This document shows positions 1 through 10,377 of a DNA stretch of 64,000 bases, piece by piece. Source of the DNA: a virus. Its lineage: Duplodnaviria; Caudoviricetes. Position numbers and translations under genes: made by a program. The stretch is taken from IMG/VR virus record IMGVR_UViG_3300010344_001170, positions 15,078 through 79,077 of that record, one strand, 5' to 3'. The notes beneath the pieces were generated by a model. That model was given only the letters and a program-made list of their open reading frames with translations, did not search any database and had not been told where the DNA came from. Numbering within the stretch: position 1 is the first letter of the stretch; each line of letters opens with the position of its first letter.

Positions 1-1
1 T

Positions 2-163
2 ATAATTGGGCTGCTTCAGAAGACCTCCAAGGAGCTCCTAATGAATATTTTCATCATTAATCATGCTCCACTACCCATAGAGTATTTTGATTATAAAATT
101 TCTATTGAAAAAAGAGATGGATTTAGTGATTTAACTGTTGAAACTTTATCAACAGACAATTAG
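2..163 (+). CDS. C-terminal end of probable gp46/SbcC-like recombination ATPase (partial)
   Basis: Frame open from window edge: ...LLMNIFIINHAPLPIEYFDYKISIEKRDGFSDL*, resembling the H-loop (IINH) and KxxGFS tail of Rad50/gp46. Confidence 0.5.
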   Translation: MIGLLQKTSKELLMNIFIINHAPLPIEYFDYKISIEKRDGFSDLTVETLSTDN

Positions 164-546
164 AACCAGCCTTTATAATATTGGGTGCCTGGTTGCCAAC
201 TTTTGTATTTAGATAGGGATTTCATACCTTCGATATATCCTTCAATTGTTTCTTGGGCATCTTTGATACTTTTGTCCCATAATTCCAAATTATCCATTAA
301 TTTACTAAAAGCTTGAACAACATCAAAAAGTTTTTGTTCATCTTTACCTTCAAAGCTTACTTCTAAATCTTTTAATAATGGAGCATAAAAATTGTTAGTA
401 ACTAAAACATCTAATAATTTTTGTGCTTTTTCATCAAATTCCACATATATTTTTAAAATAGTTGTTTTAAACTTATTTCTAATTTCATCACCAGAAACAG
501 GTTTTAAAATACTTTCTACAGATTCATTCGTAAACTTAGCTCTCAT
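160..546 (-). CDS. Hypothetical protein with shared leader (MRAKFTNESVESILKP)
   Basis: ORF; leader motif shared with many genes here. Confidence 0.7.
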   Translation of the reverse strand: MRAKFTNESVESILKPVSGDEIRNKFKTTILKIYVEFDEKAQKLLDVLVTNNFYAPLLKDLEVSFEGKDEQKLFDVVQAFSKLMDNLELWDKSIKDAQETIEGYIEGMKSLSKYKSWQPGTQYYKGWF

Positions 547-598
547 GTAATCTTTTATTTTATTTATCTGATAATATATAAAAAAATAAGGGATTTAT

Positions 599-880
599 AT
601 GCGTGCCAAACGTATAAATGAAAATGTTTTTAAACCAAAAAATGTTAGTGATATAATTCATAATCACATAATAGAAAAGGTTTATGATGATTTAAGAGAA
701 CCCCTTTATCAAATTTTTAAGCGTTTGGATGAGCAAAAACTTCTTTTTCCAAATATTAAAGAGGTTAAGAAAAAATTTGATGAAGCAGCAGATCTATTGT
801 TTGAAATGGTCATAGACGATATATCAGTTTATAATGAGCAAGACGAACAAGAAGAATTACTAAGGCAATCTGAAGAATAA
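599..880 (+). CDS. Hypothetical protein with shared leader (MRAKRINENVFKPK)
   Basis: ORF; ATATATAAA late-type motif at 574-582. Confidence 0.7.
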   Translation: MRAKRINENVFKPKNVSDIIHNHIIEKVYDDLREPLYQIFKRLDEQKLLFPNIKEVKKKFDEAADLLFEMVIDDISVYNEQDEQEELLRQSEE

Positions 881-894
881 ATAAATAAAAGGCT

Positions 895-1476
895 ATGGGA
901 AAATATTTAGAAGATTTTAAAAATCGTTTTAAAGATAAGGGCATGGATGAAGAAGAAATTCTTGATTTGATTGAAATCCACGGTCCTCATAAAGCTATTT
1001 CCATAATTCGTAAAAAATATCCGCAAGCTACTGATCAAGACATTGATGATCTTATCGGAAGATATGCAACAACCCCATATAAATTAAAAGAAAATCAAAA
1101 GATGAAAGCAAGATTCGTAAAAGAAAGTCTTGAACAGGATCAAGATATTTATGACGAAGAAAATGGTGAAGAAGTAGAAGTTACTGAGTCTCCGTTTGAT
1201 AAAGTTGAAATGACAGAAGATCCTGAAGAAGATGATGATTTAGTCATTCAAGATGAATTTGAAGCAGCATTAAATAATGAATTAAAAGTTCCTGAATATG
1301 CAAGAAGAACAGTTTCTTTTAAAGTTAAAGGAGAAAGAGGAATTGTAGATGCTGTTCCTATGGCAAAAATGAAAGACGGCGCATTCCTTATGAAAGTCGG
1401 AAATTCATATCGTAAATTTAAAATGGATGACATTGTTGAAGAGTCATTTAAGGCTAAAACAATTTTTAATAAATGA
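895..1476 (+). CDS. Acidic hypothetical protein with internal leader-like motif (MKARFVKES)
   Basis: ORF. Confidence 0.7.
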   Translation: MGKYLEDFKNRFKDKGMDEEEILDLIEIHGPHKAISIIRKKYPQATDQDIDDLIGRYATTPYKLKENQKMKARFVKESLEQDQDIYDEENGEEVEVTESPFDKVEMTEDPEEDDDLVIQDEFEAALNNELKVPEYARRTVSFKVKGERGIVDAVPMAKMKDGAFLMKVGNSYRKFKMDDIVEESFKAKTIFNK

Positions 1477-1775
1477 AATTTGTTAACGAAGATTTAGAAG
1501 ATGTTTTAAAACCTAAATCTGAAGAAGATTTAGAATCTGCATTTCAAGAGCGTCTTTGGGCATTTGAGGAAATGGATCCTAAAGAAATAGTTGATGCTAT
1601 TGCTGATGAATTTGGTGTTGGAACTCTAGATGTTGCAGTTCATATTCTTAATAACATTGAACATGACGAACTTCATGAATCTGTTAAGTTAGTTTATAAT
1701 GATTATTTAAGAGAAAATCGAAAAATTGATATGGGTCATTTGGGACTTCCAAAAGGAAAATTGACTTTCAAATAA
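1473..1775 (+). CDS. Hypothetical protein with shared leader (MKFVNEDLEDVLKPKSEED)
   Basis: ORF, coupled start/stop. Confidence 0.7.
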   Translation: MKFVNEDLEDVLKPKSEEDLESAFQERLWAFEEMDPKEIVDAIADEFGVGTLDVAVHILNNIEHDELHESVKLVYNDYLRENRKIDMGHLGLPKGKLTFK

Positions 1776-2242
1776 TGTTTGTTGCCGAATCTATAGAAGA
1801 TGTTTTAAAACCTAAGGATCGAGATGTCATAAATCGAGAACTTGATCAAGCTACTGATTCATTTATTAATGAAGCTACTCTAAAGGATTTTCTCAAATCC
1901 TTTAATAATATCAAAGTGTGGCAAGGAGGATTGAATTTTAATAATGGATTTATGCGAAAATTAAAAAAGGGAGATCAATATTTCTTTCTAATGGATCGCG
2001 ATTCTTTGTTTAATGTTGTAGATGATTTAGCAAGTTCATTTAAATTTGATGAACCTTTAATGTCCGATATAGATAAGGCTATGAATGATCATGACTATGA
2101 TGCGTCCTATAAATTCCCTGAATTTAACCATTTTTGGACACATACCCTTCATACAAATCAAAATATAACTAGAGAAAATTATGATTATGTGGTTAATCGA
2201 GTATTAGAAAAAGTTGCCCAGAAATTTAATGTAGAATATTAA
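1775..2242 (+). CDS. Hypothetical protein with shared leader (MFVAESIEDVLKPK)
   Basis: ORF; 22-bp identity (1794-1815) with the previous leader (1495-1516). Confidence 0.7.
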   Translation: MFVAESIEDVLKPKDRDVINRELDQATDSFINEATLKDFLKSFNNIKVWQGGLNFNNGFMRKLKKGDQYFFLMDRDSLFNVVDDLASSFKFDEPLMSDIDKAMNDHDYDASYKFPEFNHFWTHTLHTNQNITRENYDYVVNRVLEKVAQKFNVEY

Positions 2243-2267
2243 GCACCCTAAAAACTTGGGTGCTTTT
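2241..2267 (+). terminator. Rho-independent terminator-like hairpin
   Basis: AAGCACCC/GGGTGCTT stem followed by T run. Confidence 0.6.
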
Positions 2268-2283
2268 AGTTTATACAAACAAT

Positions 2284-4062
2284 ATGGGAATGCTCGATAT
2301 CTTAAAACCAAAATCCAAATCGGAATTAAATTCGGTTATTGATGATTATATAAAAGACTTTGAAGACACTTATATGCCTGCTGGATTTCAATGGCGTAAA
2401 GGTCAAAAAGAAGTTGTCGAGCAAATAGTTCAAACTTATTTAGAGAAAAAATATAAAGTAGTAATACTTGATGCCCCGGTTGGAAGTGGGAAATCACTTA
2501 TCGCTATGGCGGTATCTCATATTTTAAACTCTACTAAAAAACGTGGATATATTTTAACATCCGAAATTTCTCTTCAAGACCAATATCAAGACGACATAAA
2601 TAGATTTAAATTGCCATGGGGTTTGGTAAAGGGGGTTGATCATTATAAATGTACTGATAATGATGAAAAGCATTCATTAGGAACATGCAAGATTCGAAAC
2701 AAAAATCCCCGAAAAATGTTATGTTATAATGAATGCCCTTATTTTTCCGCAAGAGATATGGCTGTTAACGCTGATACAGCAGTTTTAAATTATAATTATT
2801 GGCTTATCATGCAGAATTTTGTGAATTCTCATGAGAACGAGAACGGTACAATGTCGACACCATTATTTCCACCAAGAGATTTTACAATATGTGATGAAGG
2901 ACATAAAGTTCTTGATATTGTTCAAAACCATTATTCACCCCGATTTACAAAAGGAACAACAGAAAAGTTAAAAAAACTTTCTGATTTCTTTTGGAATCAT
3001 AAAGTTAAAGATCACACTTTAGATGTGGATGTTGTTGCAAGCGCAATAGAACAAATGTGGGAAGAAGAAGATCAGGATTACTTACATGGGCATTTATGTT
3101 CTATTGAAAAAGCTCTCAAATCTTTCTTAATGTCAATTGAAAAATTAAAAGATAGGGTTGAAGCTGAATACAAAAATAAAAAACCTCCGATAGAATGGAG
3201 AGAAGCTTTATTTCTTTCTGACTGGGTTAAGGATATTCATTGTAAAGTCGAGGATTATAATTACATTATTCGCCAAACTACAACAAGGAATTTAGTAAAA
3301 AATCCTACTGTTGATGAATTAGTATTTAACTGTTTGCAAGAAAGCTTTTTGATGAATAGATTTTTTCATCAATTTACTGGATTTACTGTTTTAATGAGTG
3401 CAACATTTGCAGATCCTTTAGAGTACATGAAAACTATAAACATTAAAGGAGCTAAGTACATTAAAATGGATAACTTATTTCCATTTGAAAAATCCCCAAT
3501 TTATTATTATCCAAAAAGAAGAATGACATACAAGGAAATTGATAATAATAAAGAATGGCTTTACAAGAAAATAAATGAAATCATATCGAATCATGCTGGT
3601 GAAAGTGGAATTATTCACTCTGCTTCTTATGATTTGACAATGAAAATAAGAGATAATCTAACACCTGAAAATAGAAAAAGAGTTTACGTTTATGAAGGGA
3701 CAGAAGAAAAACGAGCAATGCTCGACATGATGAAACTTCAAAAAGGCAAAATAATAATGGGACCTTCCATATTAGAGGGGTTAGATTTAAAAGATGACTT
3801 TTCTCGTTTTCAAATATTTGCCAAAGTCCCATATCTATCATTAAGTGATCGCTTTGTAAAAACGAAATTGGCAATAAATCCTGCCTGGTATAGATGGAAA
3901 GCCATTGTAAGTATACTTCAGGGAACAGGCCGTAGTGTTCGTAATGAAGATGACTGGGCAGTAACTTATATTCTTGATGGCTCATTAGGTGATTTGATTC
4001 ATAACAATAGACGTTCATTTCCGGCTGAATTTTTACGGAGGATCGTCGTTGTCAATGAATAA
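2284..4062 (+). CDS. DinG/XPD-family SF2 DNA helicase
   Basis: Q motif (WRKGQ), APVGSGKS Walker A, Cys cluster, DEGH Walker B, SAT, EGLD and QGTGRSVR motifs; ATG at 2284 preferred. Confidence 0.85.
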   Translation: MGMLDILKPKSKSELNSVIDDYIKDFEDTYMPAGFQWRKGQKEVVEQIVQTYLEKKYKVVILDAPVGSGKSLIAMAVSHILNSTKKRGYILTSEISLQDQYQDDINRFKLPWGLVKGVDHYKCTDNDEKHSLGTCKIRNKNPRKMLCYNECPYFSARDMAVNADTAVLNYNYWLIMQNFVNSHENENGTMSTPLFPPRDFTICDEGHKVLDIVQNHYSPRFTKGTTEKLKKLSDFFWNHKVKDHTLDVDVVASAIEQMWEEEDQDYLHGHLCSIEKALKSFLMSIEKLKDRVEAEYKNKKPPIEWREALFLSDWVKDIHCKVEDYNYIIRQTTTRNLVKNPTVDELVFNCLQESFLMNRFFHQFTGFTVLMSATFADPLEYMKTINIKGAKYIKMDNLFPFEKSPIYYYPKRRMTYKEIDNNKEWLYKKINEIISNHAGESGIIHSASYDLTMKIRDNLTPENRKRVYVYEGTEEKRAMLDMMKLQKGKIIMGPSILEGLDLKDDFSRFQIFAKVPYLSLSDRFVKTKLAINPAWYRWKAIVSILQGTGRSVRNEDDWAVTYILDGSLGDLIHNNRRSFPAEFLRRIVVVNE

Positions 4063-4081
4063 ATAAAATAAAATCATTTAA

Positions 4082-4558
4082 ATGAGAGCCAAATCCGTAA
4101 ATGAAGGATATGAAGACTTTGGTCTTTCTGCTGATGAAGCAAAAAAACTAAAGAAAACTGATAATCCATTTTATAAGTTAGAACAAATGGTTAGAGGATT
4201 TATGTCTGAAGACAAAATTTATTTTGATGACATGGTTCGATCATTTGATAAAACGAAACAACAATTTCTTTATAGTATTATTACTGATTATATAAGAAAA
4301 ACATTAGATATTGATTTTCAAAATATAGGAAATCCTGAAGGCCAATATGATTGGCAAAATGCCTATAAAGCACAATATAAGATCTATGATTTATATTTAG
4401 AAAAGAGTCATTCAGGATATAGTTATTATGTAAAAATGTATAAAAGAGCAAGAGAAAGAAATGAGAGAAATTTAGTCGCCGAAAGTACGTATTCCAAATC
4501 TCTTCACAGCCTTGCAAAGAATATTCAAAAAATGCTTAAAGAACATGCCAAAGTTTGA
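4082..4558 (+). CDS. Hypothetical protein with shared leader (MRAKSVNE)
   Basis: ORF; GAATAAATAAAATAAAATCAT upstream, identical to 29511-29531. Confidence 0.7.
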   Translation: MRAKSVNEGYEDFGLSADEAKKLKKTDNPFYKLEQMVRGFMSEDKIYFDDMVRSFDKTKQQFLYSIITDYIRKTLDIDFQNIGNPEGQYDWQNAYKAQYKIYDLYLEKSHSGYSYYVKMYKRARERNERNLVAESTYSKSLHSLAKNIQKMLKEHAKV

Positions 4559-4916
4559 TAATGTAAATGTGTTGCTGGATTTGACTCCAGAGCAAATAGA
4601 AGCCATAGATTGGTTTATGAAAAACCCACCTAAGTATTATAAGTGGTTTTATCCAATTTATCAGAAATTTATTCGTTATGTTATTTTCCTTGCAATTGTT
4701 GCTGCAATTATTTTGGGAATTATACATACTGCATCAGAAAGAGTAGATCTTTTTGACACCATAAAATATATCTTTTTTGGAGATTTTATTTTAATGTTAT
4801 GGCCACTTGGATCTTATCTTTTTAAACATTTTTATACAAAAAGATTTGCTAAAAAAATAGGTCTAACTATGGAGCAATGGAATTTAGCTACCTTAGGAAT
4901 GGCTTGGGATATTTAA
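4545..4916 (+). CDS. Two-TM membrane protein
   Basis: Two hydrophobic stretches; ATG 4545 preferred. Confidence 0.6.
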   Translation: MPKFDNVNVLLDLTPEQIEAIDWFMKNPPKYYKWFYPIYQKFIRYVIFLAIVAAIILGIIHTASERVDLFDTIKYIFFGDFILMLWPLGSYLFKHFYTKRFAKKIGLTMEQWNLATLGMAWDI

Positions 4917-4918
4917 TT

Positions 4919-6127
4919 ATGAGAGCAAGATTTATAAATGAAGATATACGAGATGTTTTGAAGGGAAAATCTGAAGAAGATATAGCAAAATCTATGTCTA
5001 AAATAAGAAATGTTAATAGAATTTTTAGAGACGGCCAAACTAGATTACATATGGCCTCAAAACAAGGACAAACTAATATAGTCAAATCATTAATACAAAG
5101 TGGAGCAGATATTAATATTAAAGATGCTTATAGGGCAACCCCTATTATGTATGCAAAAACCCCGGAAATTATAGATATTTTTAAAGAAGCAGGAGATACA
5201 ACACCATATGAAAATATATTTGAATTTATAATTAAAAGAGATATACATGACGAGGATGTTACTTTAAAATTAATAGATTATTTTCTAAAGAAGGGGGCAA
5301 AAATAAATCTTAATTACGCTTTGTATATGGCTAGTAGTTTTAGCCCTAAATTAATCAAATCGTTAGTTGATAAAGGAGCGAATATTAATTATATTGACAG
5401 ACATGGTCAGAATCTTTTAATGCATGTTATATTAATGAGTTTTTATGGAGAAGATAATAAAAGGATTGAAATTATTAAAACATTAATAGATAATGGTATA
5501 AATGTAAATTATATAAATAAATCTCCGGATTTAAATTCATTTGGGCAAGATTTAAAACGCCATCCAACAGCAATGGATTACACTATTCGTTACATGAACA
5601 ATTTATCTGAATCAGAAAAAATACAAATAGCAAAATTGCTTATGGATGCTGGATTTAAAGTTTCAAATGTTAAAAGTAAATATGATCAACAAGATATTAA
5701 TAAATTTTTAAGAAAACATAAAATTATAAAATCAAAAGGCGATAATAAAAAACAAGAAATTATTGAAGCCTTAGATGATGAAAATAAAACTTTATTAAAA
5801 GATCTTTTACAAAATGGTTCAGGAGACATCGTATGGGAATCTGATTTTAATGATATGACAACAAAGGGTATCGATGAATCTTTAGTTTATGTTATTGGCG
5901 CAGATAGAAATAATTTGAAAGTAAAATCTGTTTTATCTGGAAAAACATTTAATGTAAGTTTTGATGATGTTATAGAATATGGACACTATCATATAATGGA
6001 AGATACCAAAAATATTAAAAGTTTTATAAAAGATATTGAAAAAGAAGTTGATGAATTGCAACAATCAATAAATGAATTGGATAAAGGCCTTAAAAAATTA
6101 AAATCATTTTTTAAAAAATTAAAATAA
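4919..6127 (+). CDS. Ankyrin-repeat protein with shared leader and C-terminal coiled coil
   Basis: GQTRLHMAS..LIQSGADIN, GATPIMYA, LVDKGANIN repeats; MRARFINEDIRDVLKGKSEEDI leader. Confidence 0.8.
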   Translation: MRARFINEDIRDVLKGKSEEDIAKSMSKIRNVNRIFRDGQTRLHMASKQGQTNIVKSLIQSGADINIKDAYRATPIMYAKTPEIIDIFKEAGDTTPYENIFEFIIKRDIHDEDVTLKLIDYFLKKGAKINLNYALYMASSFSPKLIKSLVDKGANINYIDRHGQNLLMHVILMSFYGEDNKRIEIIKTLIDNGINVNYINKSPDLNSFGQDLKRHPTAMDYTIRYMNNLSESEKIQIAKLLMDAGFKVSNVKSKYDQQDINKFLRKHKIIKSKGDNKKQEIIEALDDENKTLLKDLLQNGSGDIVWESDFNDMTTKGIDESLVYVIGADRNNLKVKSVLSGKTFNVSFDDVIEYGHYHIMEDTKNIKSFIKDIEKEVDELQQSINELDKGLKKLKSFFKKLK

Positions 6128-6128
6128 A

Positions 6129-7481
6129 ATGAGTTTATACCACAAATATAATAATGAGAATATTCTAATACGTGCAGTTCTAGCTGGATTACTTGATATT
6201 TTGAACAATCAAATCAAGTATGAACAAGCATGGGCAGACGATGATATTGAAACTGTTCAAGTTCCTTGGTTCTATAATCAATCTGGCGATGAACGATTCA
6301 ATCAAGATTTCTATACACACTACGCTGAGTGTATGCCACCAAGGCCAGTAGATGGAAATTTTGATGTAATTCCTCGTGGAGTTATAACATACACAGGATC
6401 AAGCATAGTAGCTCAACGTATAACTTCTCGTTATGTTCAAGGTCGTTATGTAAAAGAAGTTGATGGACAATTAGAATCATATGTATCTTATTTATATTCA
6501 ATACCTTTGAGTGTAAGAATTGATTGCGAAATATGGTGTGATCGTCAAATAACCGCTCTTAAAATAGAACAAGCTATTAGAGAAGTATTCTATAAAACCG
6601 TTACTTATTATGTTTATTTTAGAGGATTAAGAATTGGAAGTACTGTTGGATTTCCTGAAGATATAACTCTTGAAAAAAATATCCAATATTCTTTTGAACC
6701 AAACAATCCAATCAAAGTAAATTTTCAATTAGAAATTGAAACATATCAGCCTGTATTTGATCCTACAACTGAAATGAAAACAACCTCTAGAATAAAAGGA
6801 TTTTCATACAATTTATATCCAGTTCCAGAAAAAAATAATATCAATACAATTACTCCATCAAATAATTTATATTTAGGATCTCAATTTCAAATTGTGACAC
6901 CGCGAGAAGGCGCCACTATTCCAAAAGGCACTCCTGTGTGGGTTGAATGGGTATTTAATGATAGAGGAAAAATAATTAACAAAGTAAATCTTCAATGGGC
7001 TTATTATGGGCAAAATGAATTTTATGATATTGAATTAGCCGTTCCAAATCACGAATATTATGTTTGGAACATTCCAGATACATTTACTGATTTTAAAGAG
7101 CCTCATATTATATGGGAAGAAACCAATGACATTAAGGTTACAAAAGTACCTATTGTCAAAATTATTCCGGATTTAGTTACGAGACAAATTTCATCTACTT
7201 CTTTTGAAATTATTGATGAAGGATATTTTACATCAGTTAATGGAGATACATCAATAAATTTACAATTGGAAATGAGAGATCGACATAATGAAATTTCATA
7301 CAGTCCTGATGGAGCTATATGGGGCAATATCCAATACAATACATTAACATCAATTTCTGTAGACCCAAGTACATTAGTTTATTTCCCAGAACCTATAGAT
7401 TTCAAACATATTGACATATACATAACCAATACTAATGATGGGACAACATTTGGAATAGCTAATAACATAAAAATTGTCTAA
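6129..7481 (+). CDS. T4 gp15-like tail terminator/sheath stabiliser with C-terminal extension
   Basis: VPWFY..DERF..PRG..VP/IP..EIW..ALKIEQAIREVF pattern resembles gp15. Confidence 0.6.
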   Translation: MSLYHKYNNENILIRAVLAGLLDILNNQIKYEQAWADDDIETVQVPWFYNQSGDERFNQDFYTHYAECMPPRPVDGNFDVIPRGVITYTGSSIVAQRITSRYVQGRYVKEVDGQLESYVSYLYSIPLSVRIDCEIWCDRQITALKIEQAIREVFYKTVTYYVYFRGLRIGSTVGFPEDITLEKNIQYSFEPNNPIKVNFQLEIETYQPVFDPTTEMKTTSRIKGFSYNLYPVPEKNNINTITPSNNLYLGSQFQIVTPREGATIPKGTPVWVEWVFNDRGKIINKVNLQWAYYGQNEFYDIELAVPNHEYYVWNIPDTFTDFKEPHIIWEETNDIKVTKVPIVKIIPDLVTRQISSTSFEIIDEGYFTSVNGDTSINLQLEMRDRHNEISYSPDGAIWGNIQYNTLTSISVDPSTLVYFPEPIDFKHIDIYITNTNDGTTFGIANNIKIV

Positions 7482-7548
7482 AACGAGGCAAAAATCATAA
7501 ATATATAGAAAAAATACACCTATATTATATCAAATAAATTAATTGGCG

Positions 7549-10326
7549 ATGATAGAAAAAATTAATCAATTAAAGAGCAAAACCAATTCAGACGAGGTAA
7601 AGAATCTTTGCGAAAGTGCTATTGCAGCAATTAGTTCAACCATTTACAATGGTGTTACACCAGAGGCAAGATTCGAAATTGAAAGGGTTGCTATTACTAA
7701 CTTATTTGAAGGACTCTCCAAACATACAAAAGTCGAAGGAGTTAAAGAATGGTTAGATGTTCAAAAGAGACTTTTCACGATCAAAAATCTTGGAATTCGC
7801 GAAGCAGTTAATTCTTTGAATGAAAGCAAAGAGTTAAAAACAGTTCTTGAACAATTTAAAGATGCTCTTGATAAAGGGGTTCATGAATCTCGTTTATATG
7901 AACAGTTCATTACTGCTTTAAGCCCATTTGGATATTTTCCAACTGTAGGCAATGCTATTAAAGCAGTTAAAGATCGTGTAGATCTTTATAAAAATGATGT
8001 TGATATTATCAAGATTCTTGAAACAATGAAAGAATCACGAAGTAATTATTTAGTTCCTCTTATTGCTGATGTCGTTGATAATTATCTATCAAATAAAAAC
8101 ATGCAAACCAGACATCAGTTATCTGAAACTTTAATGAAGTTCACCTATGATCCATTTGTTCGTGATATCGCCAGCATAATTACAATGGATGCTACTGATC
8201 TTCAGTTAGAGTATGCAAATGCACAATGTGATATAAACAAGGTGTATTCTCCAGTTCTTTATATTGGAGAAAATGAAGCTGTTTTTGCTGTCAATAAAGT
8301 GTACTATGTTAAAAAGGGAAATAACGTTAGCAGACTTTCAAATGTTGATGTTATGAAACTTGATGAAGAATTCAAAACACTTTGTGAAGCTTTAGCACAA
8401 CCAAATGTTGTTGTTGAAAGAGATGGAGTTTCTGTTTATCTTGGAAAAGATAAAGCATTCATTACTGAAAATGGTGTTCATGTTAATGATAAACCTATGA
8501 CTAATGAAGAATTCCAGAATGCAGCTTCAATATCTTCATGGGCAGGAAATACTGGTTTCTTCCAGTTAGTTGAATTTTTAAGAAGCAATTTCGCTGAAAT
8601 TGCTGAAATAGATTTTGTTAAGAGAGTATTCTTAAAAGAAGATGTTAATCATTCAGCTGATATATTTAAGTTGAGAGATAATGTGTTCATTACAACTCAT
8701 AATCCTGAATTAGGCAAATCTACATTCTATCGTAATGTAAATCCAATTCAAGCAAGAGGAATTATGATGGAACATTTAAGATTTGACGTTACTTCTCTTT
8801 ATCAAGGATTACTTCCTGATGAAGAAAAAATCAATGAACAAATTAAGGAAACAAAGGAAGAATATAATACTTACATTGCTGAATTAACTCAGAAGATAAA
8901 TGATTTCAATTCAAATCCTTATAAGAAAGATGTAACAATTAAAGTTGTTGAAGCTCTTGAAGAAGAACTCAAAGCAGTTAAAGACGAATATAAGGATTAT
9001 TTAAATAGAATTGAGAAATATTTTAGACCAGAAGTTAATGAAGAAATATCTATAGATATTAATGTTGATGGAAAAAAATATACTGTTCCAATTCCACAAG
9101 AAGTGAATGGTGCCAAACCTAAAGGTGATGAAGAAACCGAAAAAACCGGAACAGAGGTTGGTGCAGAACACCTTCCAGATCAACCAGCATCTGCTGTAAC
9201 ATTTGATCAAGATCAAACTGAACTTATTGGTGATACACCTACTATTCCTGAAGATGAAATTGATTTAGGTTCAGGAGAAACCGAAGAAGAAGCTGAAGAG
9301 GCTGAAGAAGAAAAAGAAGAACAAGAAGCTGAAGCTGAAGAAGAAGGAGATGACATCAAAGTTGAAGATGAAATTGATCTAGATGATGAAGAAAAAGATG
9401 AATTAAAAGCCGAAGACGACAAAGAAGAGGAAGAAGAAAAAGAAGATGAAGAAAAGAAAAAGAAAAAAGTGGAACCTCTTGAAAGTGCTGAAGGTGAAGG
9501 CTTGAAGAAAAATAAGTTCATCAAAGAAGCTGGTGAAGGTAAAAAGAAGAAAAAAGTCTTCCTTAAAAGAAAGATTCACGAAGATGCCGAAAGTGCAGCT
9601 GAAAAAGCTATGAAAGCTGAGGAAGAAAAACGTATGCAGGCTGAACGCGAAAAAAGAGCTAAAGAAGCTCAGGAAAAAGAGGCAGTTAAAGAATCTAAAA
9701 CTGTAAAAGACGTAAAAAAAAAGTTAAATGAGGCCCAAATAGGTGATACAGTCCTTTTAGATAAACAGAAAGGATATATCATTGGTCAAATGGGTGATAA
9801 GGTTCTTGTTCAAGTACAAGGATCAACTAGTTGTGTAACTCCAAGCGATGTTAAAGTATTAAATGCAAAGGTTGAAACTCAAAAACCACCTTATGAATTT
9901 GATAAATTAACTCTTCAGAATTTAACTACCAAAGCTTTATTTGAACAATTTGTTCGTTGTGGTATCTATGTAGGTAACATCCCAGTTAAATTAAATAACT
10001 GCTATACTAAATATAGTGATTGGAAAGATTCCGAAAATGACAAACCAATCAATGTATTAGTTGAAGGATCATTGACACTTCTTCCTAAATCACAAGTAAG
10101 AATACTTGAAGATGTTAATGATTTTGCTAACTTAGATAATTACATCGAAGGTGTTGAAATAGATGAATCTACTGGAGAAGCTATCGCTAATGTTAAAATA
10201 AATGCAATTGATTATACCAACGCATTAGGAGATGCTGACTCAGTAAGAATTATTAGAGGAGGAAAATCTGAAGAACCCGCAGTTGACACAGTTCCAAAAG
10301 CCACATTAAGAACATTAGCTGTTTAA
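7549..10326 (+). CDS. Large acidic protein, probably head-related/structural
   Basis: About 925 aa, long Glu-rich tract, late-type motif upstream; function not recognised. Confidence 0.5.
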   Translation: MIEKINQLKSKTNSDEVKNLCESAIAAISSTIYNGVTPEARFEIERVAITNLFEGLSKHTKVEGVKEWLDVQKRLFTIKNLGIREAVNSLNESKELKTVLEQFKDALDKGVHESRLYEQFITALSPFGYFPTVGNAIKAVKDRVDLYKNDVDIIKILETMKESRSNYLVPLIADVVDNYLSNKNMQTRHQLSETLMKFTYDPFVRDIASIITMDATDLQLEYANAQCDINKVYSPVLYIGENEAVFAVNKVYYVKKGNNVSRLSNVDVMKLDEEFKTLCEALAQPNVVVERDGVSVYLGKDKAFITENGVHVNDKPMTNEEFQNAASISSWAGNTGFFQLVEFLRSNFAEIAEIDFVKRVFLKEDVNHSADIFKLRDNVFITTHNPELGKSTFYRNVNPIQARGIMMEHLRFDVTSLYQGLLPDEEKINEQIKETKEEYNTYIAELTQKINDFNSNPYKKDVTIKVVEALEEELKAVKDEYKDYLNRIEKYFRPEVNEEISIDINVDGKKYTVPIPQEVNGAKPKGDEETEKTGTEVGAEHLPDQPASAVTFDQDQTELIGDTPTIPEDEIDLGSGETEEEAEEAEEEKEEQEAEAEEEGDDIKVEDEIDLDDEEKDELKAEDDKEEEEEKEDEEKKKKKVEPLESAEGEGLKKNKFIKEAGEGKKKKKVFLKRKIHEDAESAAEKAMKAEEEKRMQAEREKRAKEAQEKEAVKESKTVKDVKKKLNEAQIGDTVLLDKQKGYIIGQMGDKVLVQVQGSTSCVTPSDVKVLNAKVETQKPPYEFDKLTLQNLTTKALFEQFVRCGIYVGNIPVKLNNCYTKYSDWKDSENDKPINVLVEGSLTLLPKSQVRILEDVNDFANLDNYIEGVEIDESTGEAIANVKINAIDYTNALGDADSVRIIRGGKSEEPAVDTVPKATLRTLAV

Positions 10327-10377
10327 CGGTAAAAATAAAATAAATCCTTCGGGATATATACCAAAAATTTTCTTAAA

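Noticed and set aside
9213-9524. Ser-rich antisense ORF
   Set aside because: Mirror of the GAA-rich acidic tract on the plus strand
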